Source: an uncultured Clostridia bacterium (GTDB lineage: Bacteria; Bacillota; Clostridia; Christensenellales; UBA1242). Taken from it: a stretch of 64,000 nucleotides of DNA. This document shows positions 36,165 to 45,029 of the stretch, one piece after another. The notes under the pieces are model-generated. The model saw only the letters and a program-made list of their open reading frames with translations, made no database searches and had not been told where the DNA came from. The first letter of the stretch is position 1. Each line of letters begins with the position of its first letter. Made by a program: the position numbers and the translations under genes. The DNA is taken from the NCBI GenBank assembly GCA_944350115.1, contig CALVNZ010000001.1, forward strand, positions 93,378 through 157,377, given 5' to 3'.

Positions 36165-36656
36165 TTATGCTTTTTCGGCAAATTTAACACCTTCTGCAAT
36201 CTTAATTGTATAAATTTGTTCCGCAGAATCAGGTGTCCATGTAACATAAACTTTTAATTCTTTGTTTTTCTCGCTTACTAGCGGTGTCAAAACAAAGTAA
36301 TTTTGAATTTGGTCGTAAACTGTCATCATAAAAGATCCTGAAACATATTCAGTGCCTTCAAAATTTAATTTTGCTTTGGAGTAATCAGTCACTTCACTTG
36401 GAGCATAAATTTTAACCCCGATTCTATTTCCACCTGTTCGCCCAAGTTCAATATCTTCAGGGTAATAAGCGACAACTTCGCCTTCTTTCCCAAAGGTGGC
36501 TGTATGAGTCGATGAATCATAAACAAAACTTAAATTACCACCAGTCAAAGCTGAGTCTCTTTCAATTATTCCATAAGACAAATTGGTCCCGCACCCAAAA
36601 GTGAACATCATAATAAAAGCCAAAAAACTTACTAGAAAAACGCGATAAACTTTCAT
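36165..36656 (-). CDS. Lipoprotein of unknown function
   Basis: Start at the second ATG (36656) after ggagg. Signal peptide with lipobox FTFGC. Confidence 0.55.
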   Translation of the reverse strand: MKVYRVFLVSFLAFIMMFTFGCGTNLSYGIIERDSALTGGNLSFVYDSSTHTATFGKEGEVVAYYPEDIELGRTGGNRIGVKIYAPSEVTDYSKAKLNFEGTEYVSGSFMMTVYDQIQNYFVLTPLVSEKNKELKVYVTWTPDSAEQIYTIKIAEGVKFAEKA

Positions 36657-36714
36657 TTTTTCCTCCAACTTTATTTTGCGTTGGAAAAAGAAAAAAATTC
36701 AATATAAAAAGTTA

Positions 36715-38175
36715 TTAACTATCTTTTATTTTATTTTTTTCAGATTTTTCTTTTTCATTGATTTTAAGTTGAGCTTTTAAAACATCTGACCTTTTTATTT
36801 TATATCTTGAAAAAATTGCAATAGCAAGAGCCAGAGCGATTGAACACCCACAAAAAACAATTGTTCCTAGCCCTGTTTGAACGCTCATGGCTTGGATGGG
36901 TTTTGAAGAGTCAAATTTTATGACATCTAATAAAATGCCAATAAACAACATAGACAAGGAATTTGACAGATTGTATGTGAAAGAATAATATCCTAAATAC
37001 GCACCTGAACGATTCTCACCGGAAGCAAATTGTTCCAAAGTCACGACATCAGCATACATAGAAATTGGTAATGAGTACATTGCGCCAAGTCCAAAACCGC
37101 AAATAAATATGCAAACCGCAACAAAAATAAACAAAGTTTGCGTTGGAACATATTGTCTAAATAAAAATGAAATCAATGTTAAGCCAATCCCTAATAGCAA
37201 AAGAGATAACGCAGAAATTAAAGCACCTTTTTTATCAATCCTTTTAGAAAGAGCCACCCAGACAGGTTGAGATAAAATGGCACCAACAAACAATATAATC
37301 AACAAAACAGAAATGCTTGCCGTTGAAAAATGATAACAATATGTGAACAGATGCATCCCAACGGAAGTTAAGAAAGAGGATGCAATCTGCGCTATAGAGT
37401 ATCCTAAAATCAAGCATGCAAATGAAGACTTTTTAAAAACATCGAAATAACCCAACATCAAATTTTTAAAAGCATGCTTTTCTTTTACTGGAGGTTGTCC
37501 GTAATGCACAAACTTTCTAACTCGTTTTAAACTCCCAAAAATTGCGATAAGGCCAAAAACTATCATCATCAGTCCATTTAACAAAGCTATTTTAATAAAA
37601 CCACCTTGACTTGCATCTGCAGCATCATTGCCCAATGTTACAGAAGGCATAATCCAAAAGACTAAAAGACTTGGAACAATCATTCCTATAACATTAAAAA
37701 GTGTTTTATAAGATTGAATTTTTGATTGTTCGTTATAATCTGGCGCGATATCAAGTGCTAATGCCGAAAATGGAGTTGACCAAAAAGTGTTTGCTGTTTC
37801 TAAAAGAAGTAAAAAAATTAAAAGCCAAGCAAACATTCCAAATTGGGATGTTTTTGGCATACTCCAAAGAGCCAAATTACAAAATGCGATGCAAAAAATT
37901 GCAAAAATCATAAATTTAAGTCTTTTGCCAAAATATCCAACCTTGGCTCTATCTGATAAATGTCCAACTAAAGGGTCGCTGATTCCATCCCATAAAGATG
38001 CAATGCCTATTGCCAAGCCTACAAGAGTGCCAGAAAGTCCCATAATTGATGTACAAAAAAACATTAAAAAAGAACCTATCGTTTGCGATAGAGCATTATA
38101 CCCTAATCCTCCTATGCCGTAAAATAATTTGTTTCTAAAAGGCAAAGCGTTTTTTTTGCTTTTAATTTTTTTCAC
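36715..38175 (-). CDS. MFS transporter, glycoside-pentoside-hexuronide (GPH/MelB-like) family
   Basis: 12 TM helices. N-terminal FYGIGGLGYN and the WDGISDPLVGHLSDR motif are typical of GPH symporters. GTG start with no clear RBS. Confidence 0.7.
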   Translation of the reverse strand: MKKIKSKKNALPFRNKLFYGIGGLGYNALSQTIGSFLMFFCTSIMGLSGTLVGLAIGIASLWDGISDPLVGHLSDRAKVGYFGKRLKFMIFAIFCIAFCNLALWSMPKTSQFGMFAWLLIFLLLLETANTFWSTPFSALALDIAPDYNEQSKIQSYKTLFNVIGMIVPSLLVFWIMPSVTLGNDAADASQGGFIKIALLNGLMMIVFGLIAIFGSLKRVRKFVHYGQPPVKEKHAFKNLMLGYFDVFKKSSFACLILGYSIAQIASSFLTSVGMHLFTYCYHFSTASISVLLIILFVGAILSQPVWVALSKRIDKKGALISALSLLLLGIGLTLISFLFRQYVPTQTLFIFVAVCIFICGFGLGAMYSLPISMYADVVTLEQFASGENRSGAYLGYYSFTYNLSNSLSMLFIGILLDVIKFDSSKPIQAMSVQTGLGTIVFCGCSIALALAIAIFSRYKIKRSDVLKAQLKINEKEKSEKNKIKDS

Positions 38176-38229
38176 ATTTCAATATATGTAAGAAAATTAA
38201 AAAAAAGGACAACCATAAAAAAACGAGAC

Positions 38230-39000
38230 TTATGCCTCGTCTGTTTTTTCAGTTTGTGGGTTTTCCGCTTTTTTAAGCTGTTCTTTAATTTGCTTTCTTG
38301 AAAGTGATTTTCCGGTTGCAACTTTTGGCCTAAGCACTCTTTGTGCAATTTCAAAACGACTCTCTTTATATGGGAACAACTCTTTGCATTTTCTATCTAC
38401 CGCGTCCAAAACTTCCTCTGTTTCTTTTTTAAATGCTGGGTCGCTCGGCAATGCAATCGTAGCCCCTTTCTTTTTAACTTTTCTTCCTGTCAAAAGATCT
38501 TTATATGTGGCAGTTTCAAACATCACAGAACCTTTCATGCCTGAACCACTTGTGAGAGTGTAAACATCTCCCTTAACTTTTATTTCATATTTTGGAATAG
38601 TTTGTTTAACGACTTCAACAAGGTCGATAGTAAAAATATTTGAAAAAGCATTATTTATTGCAGTGGCAATTTGAAGTGGATAATCTTTAGGCGTTTCTCT
38701 GTTGTTGCATTCTGCTAAATAGTATTTGGCACTTGGTTTCCTAAGTTCAGTTGGCAAATATGAAAATTTTCTAACTTTAAAAAAAGCTTTTGAATTTTCG
38801 TATTGTTTGCTTAAAACTATGCCTGCGCCTGTTAAAAGATTATTTAGTGTGTCATAAATTATTTCAATTCCTTTTGCTTTTTCTTTATAATAAAGACGAT
38901 AAAACGCAAGTTCTCTGTCAAGTTTTTTTATGACATGAGAAACATCATCTCTTAGCATATCGTAATGATATTTGACCATAGGATAATCTTTATTTTCCAT
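38230..39000 (-). CDS. Hypothetical protein with a Lys-rich C-terminal tail
   Basis: ATG at 39000 lies after RBS ggagag. The track's 296-aa version runs through the divergent promoter region and into the rubrerythrin start. Confidence 0.5.
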   Translation of the reverse strand: MENKDYPMVKYHYDMLRDDVSHVIKKLDRELAFYRLYYKEKAKGIEIIYDTLNNLLTGAGIVLSKQYENSKAFFKVRKFSYLPTELRKPSAKYYLAECNNRETPKDYPLQIATAINNAFSNIFTIDLVEVVKQTIPKYEIKVKGDVYTLTSGSGMKGSVMFETATYKDLLTGRKVKKKGATIALPSDPAFKKETEEVLDAVDRKCKELFPYKESRFEIAQRVLRPKVATGKSLSRKQIKEQLKKAENPQTEKTDEA

Positions 39001-39100
39001 AACAAACTCTCCGTAAATAGAGTGTAGCAGTTTTCCGTTAAAAATGCAAATGTTTGAAACAATTAAAATTTGTCTATAAAATAAAAAAAGGAGAAAAAAA

Positions 39101-39682
39101 ATGGAATTTAAAGATAGCAAAACATGTCACAATCTTGCAAGAGCATTTGCGGCGGAATGTCAAGATGGCGCAAGATATCAATTTATTGCTAAAGACGCAA
39201 AACAAAATCAAATGAACTATGTGGCAACAATTTTAAAAATGTTTGCGAAAAATGAAATGGCGCATGCAAAAATGTTTTATCAACATTTAATAGACAATTT
39301 GCAAACCGCCAATGGTAATGTCAACATTGAAGCAGGCTACCCATTTAAACAATCTGAATTAAAAACATCTTTAGCTTCTGCCACAGTAATTGAAGAATCA
39401 GAAGGAGAAAACATCTATCCTGCTTTTGCAAAAATTGCAAAAGATGAGGGGTATAATGAAATTTCAAAAACTTTTTTAATGGTGGCAGAAGTAGAAAAAA
39501 CGCACGCAAGTAAGTTGTCAATGCTTGCAGAAATGTATAAAACAAAAAAGCTTTATTCAAGTTCAACGCCAAAAGAATATGAATGTTCAAATTGTGGACA
39601 TAAAGAAAAGAAAAAAACAGCGTGGAAGAATTGCCCTCTATGTAATTATCCACAAGGTTATGTAATTATTAATTTAGAATAA
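39101..39682 (+). CDS. rbr: Rubrerythrin
   Basis: Diiron four-helix motifs (E..EMAHAKMF; EE.E...Y..FA..A..EG). C-terminal rubredoxin-like CSNCGH...CPLC. Confidence 0.9.
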   Translation: MEFKDSKTCHNLARAFAAECQDGARYQFIAKDAKQNQMNYVATILKMFAKNEMAHAKMFYQHLIDNLQTANGNVNIEAGYPFKQSELKTSLASATVIEESEGENIYPAFAKIAKDEGYNEISKTFLMVAEVEKTHASKLSMLAEMYKTKKLYSSSTPKEYECSNCGHKEKKKTAWKNCPLCNYPQGYVIINLE

Positions 39683-39709
39683 AAAAAACCGCATCACGCG
39701 GTTTTTTTT
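39681..39709. terminator. Bidirectional rho-independent terminator between rbr and hup
   Basis: aaccgc-atcac-gcggtt stem-loop flanked by an A-run and a T-run. Confidence 0.7.
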
Positions 39710-39719
39710 CTAAATTATA

Positions 39720-39992
39720 TTAGTTGAAAATAGCTTTAAAACTGTTTCCGAATTTGAAAGCAGGAGCATTTGAAGCAGCAATTTTTACTTTTTGTTTTGT
39801 CATAGGGTTGATGCCTGTTCTAGCAGGTTTCTTTTTAATTTCATAAGTTCCAAAACCAGCGATTGCGATTTTTTCTCCTTTTTTAAGTGCGTCAACAACA
39901 GTTGCCACCATAGCTTCGAAAGCAATTCCAGCATCTTTTTGAGTGAAGTTTGCTTTTTCTGCGAAAGCTTTAATAAATTCAGATTTGTTCAT
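39720..39992 (-). CDS. hup: HU-family DNA-binding protein
   Basis: MNKSEFIKAFAEKA..., GFGTYEIKKKPARTGINPMTKQKVKIAAS. Start at 39992 lies after aagggag, giving 90 aa. Confidence 0.95.
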   Translation of the reverse strand: MNKSEFIKAFAEKANFTQKDAGIAFEAMVATVVDALKKGEKIAIAGFGTYEIKKKPARTGINPMTKQKVKIAASNAPAFKFGNSFKAIFN

Positions 39993-40110
39993 AGTTTTTT
40001 CTCCCTTTATTTTTTTTAGCACATCTTATGCTAAAACAAGTTTAGCATATTTTTGCCTTTAAACAAAACGATTTTCGCCATTTGCAAGCAATTTTAAACC
40101 TTTAAATACT

Positions 40111-40139
40111 AAAAAAATGCCTGTAAACAGGCATTTTTA
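40111..40139 (-). terminator. Rho-independent terminator after lepB
   Basis: atgcctg-taaa-caggcat stem-loop. A T-run follows on the minus strand. Confidence 0.65.
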
Positions 40140-40141
40140 AG

Positions 40142-40999
40142 CTATCTGGCAAAAGCTTCTTCAACTTTATCCCAATAGAATCCACAGATTGAAACAAATT
40201 TTATGCCAAGTCTTTGTGAATCATTTGCATTTTCGGCATTTTTTAAAATAATCTCCGCCACACCTTGCACATCACTCAAATATCCTATTCCTCTAATTCT
40301 TGAATCAGAAGAATACGCTCTGTTGTCTCCCATGTAAAACACACCATCTTCTGGGACACGATAAAACCAAGTGTCGCCAATCTTTATGATATTTTCTTCA
40401 TTGCCATCAATAAAGTTGTCATAAAATCTTTTTTCATATTCAACAATATGCCCATCAGAATAATCTACATGTGTGTTGGGCTCTAACGGAGATGTTCGAT
40501 AGCGAGTCCACTCCTCATAACTTTTAACATAATCTTCCACAAGCATTTCGACATCTGTTTCGCCTGCTCGTTGAACATAAACATGAAAATAACCATCTCC
40601 GCTATCACTTGTATCTTTTTTTATGGTTATTAAATCACCTTCAAGCGCAATCACCCTTTTAACTAACGAAATTGGCTCTTGTTCACCATCGCTATTTATT
40701 TGGGTGTCCACAATCACAATAATATCATAAAGTTCAGGCGTCTGACCGTTATTCAAATAAAACCAATCTTCGCAATCAGTGGTTGAAGTAATGTCCGGAT
40801 TTAAAGTGTTTTGCATGCTTGTTCCTTCAACCTTACAAAGAGTATATGTGTTAATAAAATAAAAGTACCAAATCATATAAGATGCAAACAACAAAAAATA
40901 AACAAGAAAAACCCAGAAAAGTATCTTGGGATACTTTTTAACGCTTCTTTCGATAAATTCTTCTTTTCTTTTAGCTTTTCTTGATTTGAACCCTAACAT
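40142..40999 (-). CDS. lepB: Signal peptidase I with a large insertion
   Basis: VEGTSMQNTLNP (SM box), LVKRVIALEGD and GDNRAYSSDSR. The first ATG (40999) after aggaaag is preferred; the track ORF begins at a TTG at 41053. Confidence 0.8.
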   Translation of the reverse strand: MLGFKSRKAKRKEEFIERSVKKYPKILFWVFLVYFLLFASYMIWYFYFINTYTLCKVEGTSMQNTLNPDITSTTDCEDWFYLNNGQTPELYDIIVIVDTQINSDGEQEPISLVKRVIALEGDLITIKKDTSDSGDGYFHVYVQRAGETDVEMLVEDYVKSYEEWTRYRTSPLEPNTHVDYSDGHIVEYEKRFYDNFIDGNEENIIKIGDTWFYRVPEDGVFYMGDNRAYSSDSRIRGIGYLSDVQGVAEIILKNAENANDSQRLGIKFVSICGFYWDKVEEAFAR

Positions 41000-41534
41000 C
41001 TCTTTCCTTTTTTGAAAATCTGCATCCGCAGTAGTCTTGTCTATAAAGATCAAATTCTTTTGACAATTTTATGCTGTCAAGATAGCCATCTTTCTTTTTA
41101 AAATTTTCTGGCAAAAATTCAATGCTCTCTTGTTTTGCAATATCATTTCCAACTTCGTTGATGACAACTGTATTTTTATGTGGACTGACTGAAAGCGTAG
41201 TCGCAAACAAATCAAACCCTAGTTCCTTTGCTTTTTTTGCCGTTTCTTTTAATCTCATTTGAAAGCATTTTCTGCACCTTTGTCCGCCTTCCTTATCATC
41301 TTCATTTCCACGACATGACGACAAGAACTTTTCTTCATCATAAAAGCCTTCAATAACCGGAATCTTTTTTATTTTAGCATATTTTAATTGCTCTTCCAAT
41401 CTTTTTTTATATTCTTCAAGCGGATAAATATTAGGATTAAAGTAGAAAATTGTCAAATCATAATTTTCTTCAAGCACCTTTATGACATGGGTAGAACATG
41501 GCCCACAACAACTATGTAACAAAAGTTTTTTCAC
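40971..41534 (-). CDS. queH: Epoxyqueuosine reductase QueH (DUF208)
   Basis: LLLHSCCGPCS start and C-terminal QDYCGC. Confidence 0.85.
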   Translation of the reverse strand: MKKLLLHSCCGPCSTHVIKVLEENYDLTIFYFNPNIYPLEEYKKRLEEQLKYAKIKKIPVIEGFYDEEKFLSSCRGNEDDKEGGQRCRKCFQMRLKETAKKAKELGFDLFATTLSVSPHKNTVVINEVGNDIAKQESIEFLPENFKKKDGYLDSIKLSKEFDLYRQDYCGCRFSKKERDVRVQIKKS

Positions 41535-41962
41535 TTCAATCCTCGCAACAACTCAATTAAATCTTGAAAAGCTTTGTCATGATTTTTTGTTTCCGCATAA
41601 TTTTTGCCAACAAATTCAAGTGAAGTTAAAAAACTAAAAAGTTCTCCTTTTATTTGAACAAAAGCTTGTGCTAAACAGTTTTCCTTTCCTATTATATATA
41701 AAGCAATTTGACTTTCGCCCATGTTGATCTTAAATTTTTTCTTCATTTGTAAATTGTCCGTAATTTTTTCGTAATCGCGAATCATCTTATCATAAGTTTC
41801 TAAATCTTCTTTCGCTTTTAAAACAGTTATAACTGTGCCTTTATCGCTGACAAGATTAACATAAAATTGCAAATTTTGATCATTTGCAAGTTCATATTTT
41901 TCTTCTAATACTTTAAAATTTGAAGGCAATTTAAAACATAAATTTTCTGATCTCGTTTTCAT
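41531..41962 (-). CDS. Hypothetical protein
   Basis: ATGA overlap with queH. No recognisable motif. Confidence 0.5.
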   Translation of the reverse strand: MKTRSENLCFKLPSNFKVLEEKYELANDQNLQFYVNLVSDKGTVITVLKAKEDLETYDKMIRDYEKITDNLQMKKKFKINMGESQIALYIIGKENCLAQAFVQIKGELFSFLTSLEFVGKNYAETKNHDKAFQDLIELLRGLK

Positions 41963-42000
41963 AGCACTAATTTTAACAAATTAAGAAAAAAAAGTCAACT

Positions 42001-42333
42001 TTACAAATATTCAACAGCATACATCATAACATCGCTTATAGTTTTTTCAATCAAACTATAAAGCAAAATTTTGCCATCTCTTCTGTAATTGACAAGGCCT
42101 TGATCTTTTAAAATTTTTAATTGATGAGAAATTGTCGTTTGATTTATGTTTAAAAGGTTTGAAATGTCACCCACACACATATCACACAAAGACAAACAAG
42201 AAATAATTTTTAATCTTGTTGAATCAGAAAAATTTTGAAAATAATCAGCAAGTCTTGAAACTTCTGAATCTGTTGGTAAAAAAGAAAGAATTTCATTTTT
42301 TCTTCTTTCAGAAAGCATCAAATATTTTTCCAT
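42001..42333 (-). CDS. ArsR/SmtB-family metalloregulator
   Basis: Alpha-3 metal site-like SLCDMCVGD. HTH QTTISHQLKILKDQGLV. Confidence 0.85.
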   Translation of the reverse strand: MEKYLMLSERRKNEILSFLPTDSEVSRLADYFQNFSDSTRLKIISCLSLCDMCVGDISNLLNINQTTISHQLKILKDQGLVNYRRDGKILLYSLIEKTISDVMMYAVEYL

Positions 42334-42483
42334 AACGCCCCTTTTAATTCTGTGTCAAATATGCAAGTCAATGCATATATACTTTGCATAGCAATGATAT
42401 TATCTTTCACAAAAGAAAAAACGCAAATTAAAATTTTGACATATTTTGCATTTTAAAATTAAAATTTGTTGAAAGGGGGTCTT

Positions 42484-42663
42484 ATGAACTCACAAGATAT
42501 ATTGCTCGTTTTGCTTTTATCAATTTTTGCTAATGCAACTGACACAAATTTAAACACCAACACCAACTTTTTGCTTCTGTTGTTGCTGGCATTGTCAAAC
42601 GGATCAAACTACTATGGTTGCGCCAACACCTGCCCTGGCCAGTGTTTTGGCAGATTGTTTTAA
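42484..42663 (+). CDS. Small hydrophobic Cys-containing peptide (59 aa)
   Basis: ATG at 42484 lies after RBS aaggggg. A TTGACA/-10-like promoter lies at 42436-42465. Two Leu-rich segments and a C-terminal CANTCPGQC motif. It is divergent from ArsR. Confidence 0.5.
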   Translation: MNSQDILLVLLLSIFANATDTNLNTNTNFLLLLLLALSNGSNYYGCANTCPGQCFGRLF

Positions 42664-42985
42664 TTACTAAAAAATGATTGTTTGTTTAATATAATTTATT
42701 CAATTAAAATATTTTAATATCTTTTCTTATATCAATTTTAATCTTAATAAAACTCGCTTGTTTAAATATGCGAGTTTTTTATTTTTTTTTAATAAAAAAA
42801 TTTTTTTTTATTTTAAAAAAATTATGTAAAATCATTTGGTATTAATTTTTATTTGTGATAAGATTTACTTGTAAAAAAGATTTCGAATAGAAACGAGTTT
42901 TTTACAAATATTAAAAAAAAGCACGAAAGTCAACAGCACTTGCACTGCACACTGCAAAAAGTAATGTGCTTAAATGGAGGTTTTT

Positions 42986-43336
42986 ATGTTAAATTTCTTA
43001 TCATTATTAGGCGGATGGCAAGATATTTCTTGGCCCGATGAGTATAATTGGCTCCCATCATTGTTTAATGTTTTGTATCCATTGTTATACGCAATAATGG
43101 CAGTTGTAGGTGCAGCTGGTGCAATTTATGCAATTGTGCTCGGCATCAATCTTGCACGTGCAGAAGATCAATCAAAACGTGATGAAGCGAAGAAAAGATT
43201 GATCACAACAATCATCGCAGTTGCAGTAACCATCTTGCTTGTTGTTTTCTTCAACGAATTGCTTCCTATGATTATTGAAGCTTTCATTGGAACACCAGAC
43301 GCCCCTGGAACAGTTATTCCACCAGCAGACGCATAA
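42986..43336 (+). CDS. VirB2/TrbC-like two-TM pilin-type protein (tentative)
   Basis: ATG at 42986 lies after ggagg. Topology is leader, TM1 (AIMAVVGAAGAIYAIVLGI), charged loop (ARAEDQSKRDEAKKRL) and TM2, as in T4SS pilin subunits. A holin-like role is not excluded. Confidence 0.4.
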   Translation: MLNFLSLLGGWQDISWPDEYNWLPSLFNVLYPLLYAIMAVVGAAGAIYAIVLGINLARAEDQSKRDEAKKRLITTIIAVAVTILLVVFFNELLPMIIEAFIGTPDAPGTVIPPADA

Positions 43337-43355
43337 ATATTTATTGATTTGATTT

Positions 43356-43384
43356 AAAGCGACAAAATCTTGTCGCTTTTTTTA
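43356..43384 (+). terminator. Rho-independent terminator
   Basis: gcgaca-aaatct-tgtcgc stem-loop followed by an 8-T run. Confidence 0.65.
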
Positions 43385-43532
43385 TTGTAATTTTAGTAAG
43401 CACAAAATTTGACCTCCCCCTATTTTATAAGCTTTTTAAAAACATTTTACGTATTGCAAACAAAACAAAAAAGATGTTTAATTTTAACAAGGAGATTTTA
43501 TATGATTAAGCCACCACTTGTTTTAGTAATGG

Positions 43533-43838
43533 ATGACACTGGCTTTAACGCTGACAGCACAATTTGACGAAAACAATGAATTAAATTCTGCGTTTAAACA
43601 TGGCTTTCAAAATTTACAAATCAAAAATTCAAACAAACAAAAAGCTTTTTTTGTAGCTTTTTTAGAAGCAAAAAAATACATTGAAGAAAATTATCCAGAC
43701 GCAGAACTCCGAAAAGTAGTTTGCGACGAAGGTCTTCGAAAAGCTGGAACTGAAATAAGCATAGATTTTGAAAATCAACAAACCCAAAGGCCAATACAAA
43801 TTTCTTTTGAAAGCAGTAAAAATTTGCTAATCTTTTAA
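43533..43838 (+). CDS. Hypothetical protein, possibly the distal part of a frameshifted gene starting at 43502
   Basis: The ORF has no RBS of its own. A 21-codon ORF with a strong RBS (aaggag) starts at 43502 in the -1 frame relative to it and stops at 43567. Confidence 0.35.
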   Translation: MTLALTLTAQFDENNELNSAFKHGFQNLQIKNSNKQKAFFVAFLEAKKYIEENYPDAELRKVVCDEGLRKAGTEISIDFENQQTQRPIQISFESSKNLLIF

Positions 43839-44744
43839 ATCAAACCACGTTCTCATGTGGTGAATACTTATGCCATAGTTCACAAAATCCTGACCGCATT
43901 CATTTGTGATGAGTTGAGCCAACGTTTCAAGCTCAGCATTCATCACTGCTTTTCCCTCTTCAAAAAAGGTTATATCATCACCTTCACTTGATTGTGCAGT
44001 TTCAACACAAAAAAACAGAGTTGCATTTTGATCCTTGGCATACAACAATTCATTTTTGACGCTGTCAAAGATTCTTGTCGCCTCGTCTCGATAGCTCATG
44101 ACAAAAACGCGGTCTGCAAAATCAATGACAAATTTGAATGCCTCTTTGCGCTCTCCCTGAAAGTCCACCACATAGTCATCAAACCAAAACGGAATGTCAA
44201 AATCGAAACTTATGTCCGAAAATTTTTGGTTTTGAGTTGCAGATCGCACAAAACCCAAATAATCGGTCACGATTTGCTCACGAGTGGATTGATCTGCTCC
44301 GCTCCATTCCGGCGATTGATGTGGTTCGACATCAAGATGAATCCCACTAAACTTGTTTTCGAAATTGTTTTGATATGTTTGATATTGCTCCACAACCTCT
44401 TCAAAATCCGCTGGATTTTGAATCCATTGATATTCACCACAAAGAAAGAAAACCTTTATGCCAAACTGGTTGGCCTTGCTGATAAACTCGTTCACTTGCT
44501 CGTCGAAAGCAGAGTTTGAATAGTAAATTTCATTGACTCCATTTTCTTTGGCAAAATTTAAATACTCCTCGTCTGGTTGAGTCACGCTCCACCACCACAC
44601 ACCTTTTGCCGGCAGAGTTTGTGAATTTGCGTCATCATTTTTCGTTGCAAAAACGATTGCAAGCACGCAGCCTGCAATCAACAAACAACAAGCGATGATG
44701 ATGGCAATTTTCGCCTTTACACTTTTCAATCTTGCTCCTGACAA
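43827..44744 (-). CDS. Membrane-anchored TIM-barrel-like putative glycoside hydrolase (GHL-type)
   Basis: N-terminal TM anchor. Alternating beta/alpha pattern with GVWWW, VFFLCGE and GIHLDVEP blocks. Family assignment is tentative. TTG start. Confidence 0.35.
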   Translation of the reverse strand: MSGARLKSVKAKIAIIIACCLLIAGCVLAIVFATKNDDANSQTLPAKGVWWWSVTQPDEEYLNFAKENGVNEIYYSNSAFDEQVNEFISKANQFGIKVFFLCGEYQWIQNPADFEEVVEQYQTYQNNFENKFSGIHLDVEPHQSPEWSGADQSTREQIVTDYLGFVRSATQNQKFSDISFDFDIPFWFDDYVVDFQGERKEAFKFVIDFADRVFVMSYRDEATRIFDSVKNELLYAKDQNATLFFCVETAQSSEGDDITFFEEGKAVMNAELETLAQLITNECGQDFVNYGISIHHMRTWFDLKD

Positions 44745-44802
44745 AGTTTTTTGATTGCAATATGGGCGCGATTATCAACCCCTCCTGCAACGTTTATTTC
44801 AT

Positions 44803-44893
44803 TGGCGGAGACGGTGGGATTCGAACCCACGTGCCGGTTGCCCGACAACTTGATTTCGAGTCAAGCTCGTTGCGACCACTTCGATACGTCTCC
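44803..44893 (-). tRNA. tRNA-Ser (anticodon CGA), CCA encoded
   Basis: Reverse complement GGAGACG...CGTCTCC acceptor. Anticodon arm CTTGA-CTCGAAA-TCAAG. Long variable arm. T-arm GTGGGTTCGAATCCCAC. Confidence 0.9.
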
Positions 44894-44996
44894 AAATGAG
44901 CATAAATATTTTAGCACATGAAAAACAAAACTGCAAGTTTTTTAAATTATAAAAATATTAAATAAATAAAATATTTAATAATAAGCATTTAAAACG

Positions 44997-45028
44997 CAAA
45001 AAAATGCACAATTTTGTGCATTTTTTTA
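44997..45028. terminator. Bidirectional rho-independent terminator
   Basis: atgcaca-attt-tgtgcat stem-loop flanked by A- and T-runs, 2 nt from the helicase stop. Confidence 0.7.
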
Positions 45029-45029
45029 T

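Noticed and set aside
38230-39120. 296-aa version of the hypothetical gene, and similar N-terminal extensions of rplK (to 63737), hup (to 40022), DUF378 (to 32932) and lepB (to 41053)
   Set aside because: In each case an internal ATG is preceded by a strong GGAGG-type RBS and matches the family N-terminus. The extensions run into promoters or neighbouring genes.
42664-42973. Direct repeat of the tRNA-Ser 3' end that would delimit a genomic island at 42.3-44.8 kb
   Set aside because: Only a weak resemblance was found (gatttcgaa near 42885 against gattcgaa in the tRNA). That is too short and imperfect to call an att site.
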